Virus record (IMG/VR): IMGVR_UViG_3300021426_000001
DNA length: 64,000 nucleotides
DNA from: a virus
Taxonomy: Duplodnaviria; Caudoviricetes
Direction: 5' to 3' (one strand)
The notes under the pieces were generated by a model. It had not been told where the DNA came from and ran no database searches. It saw only the letters and a program-made list of their open reading frames with translations. The translations under genes were made by a program, and so were the position numbers. Positions 23,887 through 33,793 of this stretch are shown here, in pieces. Position 1 is the first letter of the stretch, and the number at the start of each line of letters is the position of its first letter.

Positions 23887-24813
23887 TCAGATCTCGATGA
23901 CGAACTTCTCTGTAGCGAGCTGATCGTGACTCAGCTTTCTATCTTTCTCTCCCTCGACTTCCTCTACGCAGTAGATCGAATAGTGCTTGTCCTCTGGATA
24001 GCCCTGCGGATTGCACATACACGTTATCAGAGCGCCCTTCTTATTCAGATAGGTAGCTCTCTTGTGCTCGTGTACGTGACCGCATATCCAGATCGTATCC
24101 CGGTCTAGCTCGTTGAGCCACTTGTAGGCGTCGAAGTAGAAGAAGTTCTGACATGGGTCGTTTCTAGAGTCAAACGAGATCGGCATGATGCTCGGAGCGA
24201 AGTGCGTAACTATCACTCTCGGCTTCTGAGCTACGATCTTGTCCATCATCCCGCGATAGTAGTCCATGATCTCGTCTGGCTGATTGTCGAAGTAGCGCCA
24301 AGTCTTTCCGTCATACCAGTGTCTCTTCCAGTTGAGCTGAGACCAGGACTTGAGCTCTGGATGCAAGATGGAGAAGTCAGTCATCATCATGCAGCCACCG
24401 ATTCCGTCTACCACGTCGCCCTCTAGCATTGTTATGTCTGTCTCATTGCAGAACTTGCGCAGAGCTTCGATCTTCAACGCAGAAGTCTTGTATGGAAGAT
24501 TGCTCTCAGACGGAGTGCCGCCTCTGACTGCGATGTCGTGATTGCCCGGAACATAGATGACTCTCTTGTACTTCTCTCGAAGCCACTTGAGAGTTCTTGT
24601 CTGAGTGTTCCAGTCGTTTCCCAGATCACCGGGCACGATGATTCCGTCAACATCTGTCGGATAGTTGTATCTGAACTTCCACTTTCCCCACAGATGATCC
24701 AACGTCTTCCGAGTGACCTCTTCTGGAGGATCGGCCTTCTCATACTCCGACCTCGGGTTAGCGTACGGCCACCAGAAGTCAGTGTGTATGTCTGAGAGGA
24801 AGAAGTACTTCAT
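23887..24813 (-). CDS. calcineurin-like metallophosphoesterase
   Basis: SDIH, GD, GNHD, THFAP, CGHVH, NPQGY motifs. Confidence 0.88.
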   Translation of the reverse strand: MKYFFLSDIHTDFWWPYANPRSEYEKADPPEEVTRKTLDHLWGKWKFRYNYPTDVDGIIVPGDLGNDWNTQTRTLKWLREKYKRVIYVPGNHDIAVRGGTPSESNLPYKTSALKIEALRKFCNETDITMLEGDVVDGIGGCMMMTDFSILHPELKSWSQLNWKRHWYDGKTWRYFDNQPDEIMDYYRGMMDKIVAQKPRVIVTHFAPSIMPISFDSRNDPCQNFFYFDAYKWLNELDRDTIWICGHVHEHKRATYLNKKGALITCMCNPQGYPEDKHYSIYCVEEVEGEKDRKLSHDQLATEKFVIEI

Positions 24814-24837
24814 TTGATCTCTCTTACTTGATCTCGC

Positions 24838-25287
24838 TTACTTGATCTCGCTGACCGGAACGACCCTGTAGCCGTGCTTGTAAGCGTACCAGCGTGCGAA
24901 AGCTTCGGCAGCGTCCTTGTCCCTCCAAGTGAGCACCTTGCTCTTCTCGACCTTGTTCTCGCACTGGAGAGCTACGTTCGTCGGATAGGTCTTGGTGCCC
25001 TCGAAGTCGAACTCGATCGTCCACTCTGTGTTGTCGGCTTCTGGCTTCGGAGCTTCTTTCTGCTTAGCAGCAACTTCGGACTGGATTCTCTTAGCCTCTT
25101 CGGCCAGATCCATGAGCTCACGATCAATGTTCTTGATCTGCTCGTCGTAAGTGGTCTTGGCGTATTCGACGCCCTTGTTAGCAGGGAATGTGTCAGAGTT
25201 GAGAATCTTGACTGCCTGTCTCAGCTGTCTCTGCTGAGCCACTAGCTGTTCCCTCTTCTGGAAGACTTCGTCCATCGTCTTGCACAT
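24838..25287 (-). CDS. hypothetical coiled-coil protein
   Basis: 149-aa ORF. Confidence 0.65.
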   Translation of the reverse strand: MCKTMDEVFQKREQLVAQQRQLRQAVKILNSDTFPANKGVEYAKTTYDEQIKNIDRELMDLAEEAKRIQSEVAAKQKEAPKPEADNTEWTIEFDFEGTKTYPTNVALQCENKVEKSKVLTWRDKDAAEAFARWYAYKHGYRVVPVSEIK

Positions 25288-25834
25288 GATCTTTCTCCAT
25301 TTTTAGGTTTTCTAGTTCTTTCTCGACTCTATCGTAGTCACGAAGTAGAGCCTTGACATCTTTGAAGAGCGTATTCTTTGAGAATCTCTCGTCGAACTCG
25401 TCGCAGAACTCTCTCAATCTAGCTAGAGAGTCACTCAGAGTGTCGACTGTCATCTCTTCCTTATTTACATCCAGCGTCTCTGCCGCAGCCACTAGCTGAG
25501 CTGTGTACTTGTCCGCTTTCTCGAAGTTGAATCTTATTCTCTTTCCGTCGTCGAAAGCGTAGTACTCTGACATCAGGAAGTCTCCACAGCCCTTGAACTT
25601 GTCCTGGAAGTACTTGTAGAGTCTAAGGTTCGTGTAGGTGCAGCTGTCGTTTTCGCCATCCCACTTCCTAGTCGTAACTGCGCCAACTATAGCGTTGCCG
25701 TAGTACAAGTGCCAGCAGTGAGTTCCGTTCAGCGTCAGTGCGCTGAGATCGAACCCAGCGTTAGTGAACAGGACTCGGAACAGATATGAAGTGTCTGATA
25801 GCTTGTCGAAAGCAGCTTTCTCTTCTCTATTCAT
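25193..25834 (-). CDS. hypothetical protein
   Basis: 213-aa ORF in operon. Confidence 0.65.
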   Translation of the reverse strand: MNREEKAAFDKLSDTSYLFRVLFTNAGFDLSALTLNGTHCWHLYYGNAIVGAVTTRKWDGENDSCTYTNLRLYKYFQDKFKGCGDFLMSEYYAFDDGKRIRFNFEKADKYTAQLVAAAETLDVNKEEMTVDTLSDSLARLREFCDEFDERFSKNTLFKDVKALLRDYDRVEKELENLKMEKDHVQDDGRSLPEEGTASGSAETAETGSQDSQL

Positions 25835-26273
25835 TCAGTTTGTTCTCTTCGAGGAGTTCCTTCTGCTGAGCAGCCATGTCTTTGTCGCATTGCTCAAGCA
25901 GCCTCACGAAATTCTTCTTTCGCGCATCGGCCTCCTCTAGTTTTAGTGACAAGTTGTAGAACTCGGGTCCAGACTTGTTCAGCATCTTCTTCGCGATGCT
26001 CTTGCACTGATCGTCATACTCTTTGACAGTGCCGTCGAAGTCTTCGTGCCAGTGTGTAGTGATAGAGCCGTGGAAGAATGCGTTAGAGCCGTTCTCGTCC
26101 TTAGCGAACTCGCCAGGCTGGCGCCACAGATATGGAAAGAGGTCTTCTAGCTTGTTTATCTGAACCAGCTTTCCATCATCATAGATCTTGTCACGTTCAG
26201 TGTCTATTGTGTCTCTGAGAGTAGCGTATGAGCATCTCCCGAGATCGTTGTAAGCTTTGAGAGTGAAAATCAT
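25827..26273 (-). CDS. hypothetical protein
   Basis: 148-aa ORF, GAGG RBS. Confidence 0.7.
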   Translation of the reverse strand: MIFTLKAYNDLGRCSYATLRDTIDTERDKIYDDGKLVQINKLEDLFPYLWRQPGEFAKDENGSNAFFHGSITTHWHEDFDGTVKEYDDQCKSIAKKMLNKSGPEFYNLSLKLEEADARKKNFVRLLEQCDKDMAAQQKELLEENKLNE

Positions 26274-26292
26274 AATGGTTGCCTCTTATTAT

Positions 26293-26853
26293 TTACAAAC
26301 TCCTCACGAAGACGAGCCTGAGATTGCTGTTTAGCTCTCTCGGAGACGCCATGTCTTGGATAGTCTCTAGAACTCCGAGAAGCTTGACTGCTTTTCCGTA
26401 TTTGTTCAGAGCTCTGTTGAAGTCTACCAAGATCTCAGCTCCTATCGGATGTGTGAGACCCTTTGTGAAGTGCTCGTCGAATGAGTCAAAGTCTAGATCT
26501 AGTGAGTCAAGGAGGCCGTTGCTTCTGCTACACTTGACGCCTGACGCCCTGAAGAGAACGAGCTCTTGATCTTCGAACTTCTCGATAGATTCTCTAGCCA
26601 TCTGTATCATATCACCGATCCTGCAGCTCATGTAGAAGTACTGAGCTGGAGCCTCGCTGTAGTCTTTTTGAAGCTCAGGTGACAGATCTGCGTATTTTAG
26701 CTCTTGCATGAGATCCATAGTGCATGGATCTCCGTCGTCATCGTTGAGCTTTCCTAGTAGAGTGTCTATCGAGCGATAGAAGCTTCCAGTTCCGATTCTC
26801 TTCCAGCAAGTTCCGTTGTTCACTTCAGCGTATAAGTCGCAATACCATGACAT
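26293..26853 (-). CDS. hypothetical protein
   Basis: 186-aa ORF, GAGG RBS. Confidence 0.7.
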   Translation of the reverse strand: MSWYCDLYAEVNNGTCWKRIGTGSFYRSIDTLLGKLNDDDGDPCTMDLMQELKYADLSPELQKDYSEAPAQYFYMSCRIGDMIQMARESIEKFEDQELVLFRASGVKCSRSNGLLDSLDLDFDSFDEHFTKGLTHPIGAEILVDFNRALNKYGKAVKLLGVLETIQDMASPRELNSNLRLVFVRSL

Positions 26854-26950
26854 AGTGATTTACCTCTCCTTCCAATAATAGAAAAATCCAGAGACAACTT
26901 ACTGCCTCTGGATTGTAAATTTTATGTTACAAGGACAGATTTTTACTTGA

Positions 26951-28306
26951 CTATAGCTTTGCGATGTTGTGAACGATGTTGTCGGCCAGACGATCCAGAA
27001 GCTCATCTGAAGCTCTGACTCCGCACTTGTCAAGCATACTGTCTAGAATTCCAGCTACGTCCTCAGGATCAGAGATGTCATAGTGAACGACTCTGTCAGC
27101 GAGATAGTCGCCGATGTCCTGAGCGTCGTCGTATCTCAGGTAGTCGAACGTGTCATCTAGGAGCTGAGTGATCTGCATAGCTCTGTCATGACGGTATTGG
27201 TCGTCTTCGTTGATCTGGATTCCTGCTCTCTTGAGCACTTCTTTAGCCTCTCCTAGATTGGCTCTGTACTCTTTGTTCTCCCTGAAGAAGTTCACGACTT
27301 TCTCTACTGATCCGTACTTCCTCTTGTTGATCACGAACTTGTTGTTGATCAGCCATACGATGTAGTAGCCAGAAGATGTCGGAATAGATCCGAACTTCTC
27401 GCACTCTTCACGACTGAAGTCAAGCGTCGTCTCCAAGAAGTCGCCCTTCTTGTAGTTGTTCTTGATCTTGCACGGAAGATCAAGTTGAGACTCTAGTGCA
27501 TCCTTCAGATCGTTCAAGCTGAGAGCCTCATCTGCCGGAACAGTGAAGTAGTCAATTCTCTTCTTGAGAGCCATTCTGCGATCTGCGAGAACTTCTGACA
27601 CAGCGCTAGACGGAGTTCCGTTCTGAAGCCACTTAGTCTCGTACTTGTCTCTTCTGCCGAAGATCGGAAGCCAGCTGACAGGAACCTTTCCACCAGTTCT
27701 CTCTAGCTCTTTGTTCGGTATGATTCCAGCTACCCATGATCTGTCATATAGACCCTCGTCTTCGATCTGCTTCTTGAACTCTTGATAAGCTTCAAATGAG
27801 AAGTTGTCGTCGTTCAGCTTGAGACAGTAGAAAGTGTGATCTCCGCCGTCAGCAGAGCACTTGCCGTCCTGGTTCATGAGGTAAGTCATGAACGTGTCGA
27901 AAGTCTTCTTAGCCTCTGTGATGAGGAATCCTGCGCTCTCTAGCAGGTTTCTAGCGGCTCTAACCTTGTCTTCCGTAGATTCAGACGGCTGTCCAGAAAC
28001 GACGTCTACGCGCTCTGGAGCCTGATCAATTCCAGCGAGAGGACCGAGATCGTCGCAGAACAGAGAGACCAGCTGATCTGGAGACTTGTCTGCGTAGTGA
28101 CCCTGAATTCTACACTTGACGAACTTTGCTGGATCGCCGAAGAGGTCAGAGCCAGGAACCTTGAAGTTTCCATCGTCCTCGATTGTTCTCACGACGAAAG
28201 CAGCCGTGCCTCTGATTCCCGGGGTGAAGCCAGTGAAGTCAGTGCCATCTGGGAATCTTAGATGGTTGCTGCTGTATGTGCACGGCATGTTTACGTTCTT
28301 TAGCAT
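26951..28306 (-). CDS. late multidomain protein with two ESAG motifs
   Basis: AARNLLESAGFLITE and EAKEVLKRAGIQINE separate domains; TATAAATA at 28331-28338. Confidence 0.7.
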   Translation of the reverse strand: MLKNVNMPCTYSSNHLRFPDGTDFTGFTPGIRGTAAFVVRTIEDDGNFKVPGSDLFGDPAKFVKCRIQGHYADKSPDQLVSLFCDDLGPLAGIDQAPERVDVVSGQPSESTEDKVRAARNLLESAGFLITEAKKTFDTFMTYLMNQDGKCSADGGDHTFYCLKLNDDNFSFEAYQEFKKQIEDEGLYDRSWVAGIIPNKELERTGGKVPVSWLPIFGRRDKYETKWLQNGTPSSAVSEVLADRRMALKKRIDYFTVPADEALSLNDLKDALESQLDLPCKIKNNYKKGDFLETTLDFSREECEKFGSIPTSSGYYIVWLINNKFVINKRKYGSVEKVVNFFRENKEYRANLGEAKEVLKRAGIQINEDDQYRHDRAMQITQLLDDTFDYLRYDDAQDIGDYLADRVVHYDISDPEDVAGILDSMLDKCGVRASDELLDRLADNIVHNIAKL

Positions 28307-28333
28307 ACTAAACCCTTTTTCGATTTAGTTTAT

Positions 28334-29191
28334 TTATACTCTCGAAGATAAGACTATCGGCATCTTCTCGTAGTCCTTAGACGGATGAAGAGAGCCGAGA
28401 GTGTTGTAGTGGATGAAGTCAGCTGCATCTTCTTCGCTGCAGTCGTTGTCATCCGCATACTCTTCGATCATCTTGTCTAGCGAGTAGACTGCTCGGCCGT
28501 CAGTAGATACGCCTACGAGAGATCTAGGGAAGCTCGGGTTTCTGAACATCACGGTCTTCTCGTCACCGCCGTTCTCTAGCAGCCAGTCTGTCTCTTCTCC
28601 CTCGTTGCAGCAGATGTTCTCATTTCCATAGATCGCTATCTTGGCTACCCTGATGAAAGACTCCTGACCGTGCTTGATGTCGCCGTTGTTGTATACGATG
28701 TGGTCCCACTCACGCTGACGCTCGAATTTTGAGAACTGAGCATTCTCGTCTCCGGTTCTCTTCTTCCAGGCTGAATCTTCTCCGTTGCGGAGATTTGCTC
28801 TAGCCTGACGGAAGTCTTCTCTGGCTGATACGTAGATGACCCTCATGTTGAAGTCGTCTCGGAACTTGCTCTTGCAGTACCAGTAGCCCTTCGGGTCGAT
28901 GATGTAGAACAGGGTCTTAGACTTGATGTTCTTCAGCATCTCTACGGTCGTGCAGTATCTGTAGCCAGTCTCTCCGATCTGAGTGTAAGCGAAGATGTCG
29001 TCTCGCTTCAACAGCTCATCGAACTCTTCTTTCGAGACGAACGTGTGCTCCACGCCCTGAGTCTCTGTCGGTCTCATGGGTCTGTCTGTGTAAGACGGAA
29101 TAGAAGCTGCCTTGAAGTACTCCTGAGCGTATCTCACGAGAGTGTCTTTTCCGGATCCAGATCTTCCGATCACCAAAATTAGATTCTTCAT
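28334..29191 (-). CDS. gmk: guanylate kinase with extra C-terminal domain
   Basis: GRSGSGKDT, SYTDRPMRPTETQGVEHTFVS, YIIDPKG. Confidence 0.85.
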   Translation of the reverse strand: MKNLILVIGRSGSGKDTLVRYAQEYFKAASIPSYTDRPMRPTETQGVEHTFVSKEEFDELLKRDDIFAYTQIGETGYRYCTTVEMLKNIKSKTLFYIIDPKGYWYCKSKFRDDFNMRVIYVSAREDFRQARANLRNGEDSAWKKRTGDENAQFSKFERQREWDHIVYNNGDIKHGQESFIRVAKIAIYGNENICCNEGEETDWLLENGGDEKTVMFRNPSFPRSLVGVSTDGRAVYSLDKMIEEYADDNDCSEEDAADFIHYNTLGSLHPSKDYEKMPIVLSSRV

Positions 29192-29192
29192 C

Positions 29193-30008
29193 TTATCTCC
29201 TCATCAATTCCTTACGATATTCTCGATTCTTCATGTCAGCGAACTCGCAGTTGTACCAGTTGTCGATCTCCACTGGCGACTTGTAGCTCTTCATCTCATG
29301 AACGTCGCGGTAAGAGAAGAGTCCCGTCTCTCGCCAAGAGGATCTGATCTTGATCCAGTTCTTGTCGTCTCTGCTCCAGATCTTGTACATCTGCCTCATG
29401 CCTCTTGGAGTAGAGAGCACGACTATTCTGCGATTGGACATCATCGTCGGGAACCACATGTTGATCCAGTCGTCGCCATGCTTCTCGTCCATGTCGTCGA
29501 ACTCATCAAAGATCAGTCGGTCGATATTGTGACCTCTGAGCTCTCCGCAGTCTGGACCAGTGAAGAACATCTGTGTCTGGTTCTCGAACTTGAACTTGAT
29601 AGTCGGCTCAGGAATGGTCTTGTTCGTTGTCTCTTCTATGTCTGGCAGCTGCTTTCTATACTTCGGATCGATAGTGTTAGCCATAGCCCAGAACCAGCGT
29701 CCGAGCTGACTAGCCCACATCTTGTCCTTGCATACGATAGCGACTTTCTTGTCCCAGTGGAAGATGCAGTACCACAGCGCGTATAGAAGCGCCATGACCG
29801 TCTTTCCAGATCCCTTGTGGGCCAGTATGCAAGTGTGCTTTCCGCTGTTCATAGCTTCTAGCCACTCCATCTCATACGGTCTCCTGCACATCGGCTCAAG
29901 GCCGTCTGGTCCTACTATTCTAGCTATGTCAGTGAACTCTGAGATGTCTCTGCCGCACTTGTCCAGCTTCCTCAGGATCTCTTTCTCTTCTTCAGTTATT
30001 TCTGCCAT
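29193..30008 (-). CDS. terminase large-subunit-like ATPase domain protein (no nuclease domain)
   Basis: GSGKT Walker A, LRG...LIFDEF Walker B, LSTPRG motif III, YNCEF; ends at 271 aa. Confidence 0.75.
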   Translation of the reverse strand: MAEITEEEKEILRKLDKCGRDISEFTDIARIVGPDGLEPMCRRPYEMEWLEAMNSGKHTCILAHKGSGKTVMALLYALWYCIFHWDKKVAIVCKDKMWASQLGRWFWAMANTIDPKYRKQLPDIEETTNKTIPEPTIKFKFENQTQMFFTGPDCGELRGHNIDRLIFDEFDDMDEKHGDDWINMWFPTMMSNRRIVVLSTPRGMRQMYKIWSRDDKNWIKIRSSWRETGLFSYRDVHEMKSYKSPVEIDNWYNCEFADMKNREYRKELMRR

Positions 30009-30092
30009 TTGTATACTCCAGTTTGATCTAAATATAGATGAATTCGAAAGCTATAAATAAATCGTAGATTATAGTAGATATTTGGAGAACTT

Positions 30093-30878
30093 ATGAAGAG
30101 ACTGTCAGAGTGCATCAACGAGGGATTCTTCGGCAACAAGTATGACTCGTACAAGAAGAGAGTGCTAGACACGCTAGCCTCGATCGGAATCGTGATAGAT
30201 CCGTCGAAGATGAAGAGAGCTGAAGACTGGATACGTGACTTCTACGCTGACAAGATGAACATCTACGACTGCGCTAGAGCTCTCAGAGACGACATGAGAG
30301 ATAGGAGAGTTCAGTGCACAGAAGCTTACGCAGCAGACATCATAGACGGCGCACCAGCAGGAACTAGACTCGACGTTGTAAAGAGTCTGAGATCTCTCGA
30401 CAGCAAGCAGAAGAGAGAGCTAGACGCTTCGATCGAGAAGTTCTCTGAGTGGCACGATATGAGGGAAGCTGATGTCGCTAAGCAGTACGGACACAAGATC
30501 CTAGACGGAATCAAGAGAGGCCTAGCTTACGATGACGCTGCTGATTACGCCGCTAACGAGAAGATGTCTCTACAGCACGCTATGAGCCTTCTCTCTGAAG
30601 CTGGCGTCCAGACTCAAGAAGAAGTTCCGTTCAAGCTGCAGGATCTCGTAGCTCCTCTCCAGAAAGAGCTCGGAGGTCAGTATCAGGTTCAGAGAACTGA
30701 GAAGGGAATCTCGGTCCTTGACAAGAGCGGAATTCCAGTCATCAGAATAGAGGGAGCTCAGTCTGATCAAGCCGTCATATGTGATTTTGCACTCAAGGGC
30801 ATCTGCAACACTTACTATCCGAAGCTTCAGGGCGGAGCAGACGGAATCGCCAACAGAATCAGACACGCCATTCAGTAG
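30093..30878 (+). CDS. late protein with ESAG motif
   Basis: TATAAATA 30052-30059; MKRLSECINE start; HAMSLLSEAGVQTQE. Confidence 0.7.
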   Translation: MKRLSECINEGFFGNKYDSYKKRVLDTLASIGIVIDPSKMKRAEDWIRDFYADKMNIYDCARALRDDMRDRRVQCTEAYAADIIDGAPAGTRLDVVKSLRSLDSKQKRELDASIEKFSEWHDMREADVAKQYGHKILDGIKRGLAYDDAADYAANEKMSLQHAMSLLSEAGVQTQEEVPFKLQDLVAPLQKELGGQYQVQRTEKGISVLDKSGIPVIRIEGAQSDQAVICDFALKGICNTYYPKLQGGADGIANRIRHAIQ

Positions 30879-30965
30879 CGCTATCCAGTAGTGTAAACTT
30901 TCTTTAACACGTAAAAGGCTGGCCCACTCGGACCAGCCTCTGGTGTTTGGTGTTTGTTGGGTTTC

Positions 30966-32159
30966 TTACGGCAAGAAGTGTTCTGAGACCTTAGTCCAGT
31001 ACTGTTCCGTCATTTCACGGACTCTCTTGCCAAATTCGGGACCGGGCTTGACGCCCTCTTTGAAGACGAGATCAGAGATCTTCTTCGTGTCGGGCTGGAA
31101 GCCCTTAGCCATTCTGAGCGATACTGGAATCGTCCAGAGCCATTCGGTCTTGTTCTGCATGATAGCGAGAACCGTTCTGTAGTCGCTGCTCACGATCTTG
31201 ACGAGTTCAGTCCAGGAGGGACGAGAGCCATATTGCAGGACGTAACGAGCCCACCTGTAGAACTTGTAGAGTCTCTTTTCATCGTTCGTCATTGTGAGCT
31301 CGGCTTCTGCATTAGCGATGTCGTCGTAAGCGAGAGCCATGACTGCGAAGACGTTGTCGTTTCTCAGATCTGAAACCAAGAGACTGTTTTCGAAAGCAGC
31401 CGTGAAGTTCATGTGTCTGAAGATCGGAATGTGCTTAACGAGATCCATCTGGTCGATGAACTGAAGGAATGTAGAGAGACCGTAGTTCTTCTTGTTGAGA
31501 GAAGTGATCTCCTTGCGGAAGCGTTCGTTAGAGATCTTGCAGAGACCTGGACCAGCGATGTTCATAGCGAGCTTCGTATCTGGATCGATCGTGAAGCCGA
31601 AGTTCGTGGCGAATCTGATGCCGCGAATGATGCGGAGAGCGTCTTCGGAGAAGCGTTCAATCGGATCGCCGACAGCTCGAATGACGCCGTTCTGAAGGTC
31701 AGCGAGACCGTTCATCGGATCGATCAAGTTGCCGTCACCGTCAAGGCCCATAGCGTTGATAGTGAAGTCGCGACGAGCGCAGTCTTCAGCGAAAGTCTTA
31801 GCGAAAGTGACCGTGTCTGGATGACGACCGTCAGTGTAGTTGCCGTCCTGACGGAACTGAGTCACTTCGAACGGATCCCCCATGCCGTAGAAGACGAGCA
31901 GAGTGCCGTGAGCTTCGCCGTTGTTAGATTCAGTTCGGAAGATCTCCTTGATCGTCGGCATCGGCATGTTAGTTGCGATGTCCACGTCGTGAATGTCGAG
32001 CATGCCAGGAATCGGAGAGATGCCGAGCTCAGACATCACGATGTCTCGAACGCAGCCGCCAACCACGTAAGCTTCGAAGCCGAGTCTACGGATTTCACGG
32101 CAGAGTTCCATGCCGCAGTGAAGAGCGTCTGAAGGGATGTGGTTAGTTTCAAATTTCAT
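30966..32159 (-). CDS. cca: tRNA nucleotidyltransferase (CCA-adding/poly(A) polymerase family)
   Basis: VGGCVRD, DVDIAT, RRDFTINAM, EDALRIIRGIRF. Confidence 0.9.
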   Translation of the reverse strand: MKFETNHIPSDALHCGMELCREIRRLGFEAYVVGGCVRDIVMSELGISPIPGMLDIHDVDIATNMPMPTIKEIFRTESNNGEAHGTLLVFYGMGDPFEVTQFRQDGNYTDGRHPDTVTFAKTFAEDCARRDFTINAMGLDGDGNLIDPMNGLADLQNGVIRAVGDPIERFSEDALRIIRGIRFATNFGFTIDPDTKLAMNIAGPGLCKISNERFRKEITSLNKKNYGLSTFLQFIDQMDLVKHIPIFRHMNFTAAFENSLLVSDLRNDNVFAVMALAYDDIANAEAELTMTNDEKRLYKFYRWARYVLQYGSRPSWTELVKIVSSDYRTVLAIMQNKTEWLWTIPVSLRMAKGFQPDTKKISDLVFKEGVKPGPEFGKRVREMTEQYWTKVSEHFLP

Positions 32160-32404
32160 TTGAAGAGTTCCTTTATGGATTGGGTGAGAGTGTTGAGATC
32201 AATTGCAGAGTTGTGACTCATCGTAAACTTGTCGAACCATTCTACTCCAGCGGTGAAGAGAAATGAGACGCCAACTGCAATAAAGAATAGTGTGAGGAGG
32301 ATAAGAGCATCGATAGCGAAGTCCTTGAGATCTTCTTCCACTGTGCGAGGCTTCTCTTTCGATTTTTGAGAGCTAGATATTGCTGCGGCGATTACGTGAA
32401 TCAT
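32156..32404 (-). CDS. small membrane protein
   Basis: Single hydrophobic helix; early promoter 32431-32459. Confidence 0.6.
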   Translation of the reverse strand: MIHVIAAAISSSQKSKEKPRTVEEDLKDFAIDALILLTLFFIAVGVSFLFTAGVEWFDKFTMSHNSAIDLNTLTQSIKELFK

Positions 32405-32468
32405 AGTTGGTCCCTTTTTGTTACACAGTCAATATAGGATTTTCTCTCAGAGTTGTAAACCCTAAAAA

Positions 32469-32951
32469 TCAAGAAATTCCGAGATGCTGGTAGATTTTCT
32501 GAATCGTTCTAGGATCATCAGACCATTCTAGCGTCTCTGGATCCTTCCAGTACGCTGTCTCTTCTGGACAGTACATGATCTCAGCGTGCGCATTTCCGTT
32601 CACGATGCAGAACACTGAGTCATCATCTTCAGTGCATCTGCTGAACACTGTGAGCTCCTTGAACTTCGGATAGTCATAGAGGAGACGATCTAGTGATCCT
32701 CTGACTGGCTTATTCTCTGGCAAGTAGCCCCAGAATCTGCACTTCATGAAGTCATAGCCAGGATCTTCACTCGGATCTTGTCTGTCAGTGTAGAGAAGCT
32801 TCTCGCCCTCTTTGTTTCTCTTGAAGCTCATGATTGAGCTGTCACCGAACTCGTCTATGATGTAGAGCTTGAGGCCAGGTTTGATCTTGTCTCTCATCTG
32901 GACTGTCGGCTCGGTCAATGTCAGTCTCTGCTCAAATTGAATTGTGCTCAC
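32469..32951 (-). CDS. hypothetical protein
   Basis: 160-aa ORF. Confidence 0.65.
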   Translation of the reverse strand: MSTIQFEQRLTLTEPTVQMRDKIKPGLKLYIIDEFGDSSIMSFKRNKEGEKLLYTDRQDPSEDPGYDFMKCRFWGYLPENKPVRGSLDRLLYDYPKFKELTVFSRCTEDDDSVFCIVNGNAHAEIMYCPEETAYWKDPETLEWSDDPRTIQKIYQHLGIS

Positions 32952-33454
32952 TTTTTGTCTCCCTCGAACTTCTGCTTGAGACGCAGGAACTCTTTGTATT
33001 CCTTCTTCTCTTTAGCGTCTTTGATCTCTTCTGCTCGCTTCTCTTCAGCTTTTCGCTTAGCAGCTTCGATCTTGTCAAGCTTCTTCTGCGCCTTCTCGAC
33101 CAGCTTGTCGATCTCTTCATCAGTCTTCATGAGAAGCTTGATAGAGATCTCGGCGATAGCCCAGTAGTCGCTGTCGTTTCCCTCCACAGTCCTGAATCCG
33201 ACGAATGGCCGATTGCAGTCAAAGTCGAACTCGGAGATGAAGATGTAGATTGCGTCGTGAATGTCTGACTCGTCGAAGAACGTAGAGCAGTCAAGATCGT
33301 CAGGAATGACTGACTCATACTTCTTGAGCTTCTTAGATAGTTCACTCGCTCGCGTGATTAGGTCACGATTGAGTTTATAGCAGACGCTGAAGTCTAGCCG
33401 AGAGAATTTCTTGACTTTTCTGGCGTCAAGTACCTTGATCGGTTTCTTGAACAT
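32948..33454 (-). CDS. hypothetical protein
   Basis: 168-aa ORF, charged C-terminus. Confidence 0.7.
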   Translation of the reverse strand: MFKKPIKVLDARKVKKFSRLDFSVCYKLNRDLITRASELSKKLKKYESVIPDDLDCSTFFDESDIHDAIYIFISEFDFDCNRPFVGFRTVEGNDSDYWAIAEISIKLLMKTDEEIDKLVEKAQKKLDKIEAAKRKAEEKRAEEIKDAKEKKEYKEFLRLKQKFEGDKK

Positions 33455-33457
33455 AGT

Positions 33458-33793
33458 TTACCTCCTAGCCTTGTCTGCTAGTCTGAGTTGTTCTTGTAAG
33501 AATGTCCTGAGCTCTACAGGTTCTATCTTCTTGATCATGATGTGTTTCGTTCCAGGAACCTTGACGGGCTGGAGTCGGATGTCCAGCACGTACATTCTGT
33601 ACTCAAGGAACCTCTGATCGAGAAGAAGATCCCAGCCGTGAACACCCTTCTCGTGCTTGAACCACGCATAGTTGTTAGTTCCGAAAGAGCAGGTCGTGAT
33701 TTCTCCACCTGGAACTTCAGTGAATGATGTTATTTGGTCTGGTCGGTCTTTGTAGAGTTCTTTAAGTATAGCTTTAGCTTCATCGTAGTTCAT
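33458..33793 (-). CDS. hypothetical protein
   Basis: 111-aa ORF. Confidence 0.65.
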   Translation of the reverse strand: MNYDEAKAILKELYKDRPDQITSFTEVPGGEITTCSFGTNNYAWFKHEKGVHGWDLLLDQRFLEYRMYVLDIRLQPVKVPGTKHIMIKKIEPVELRTFLQEQLRLADKARR

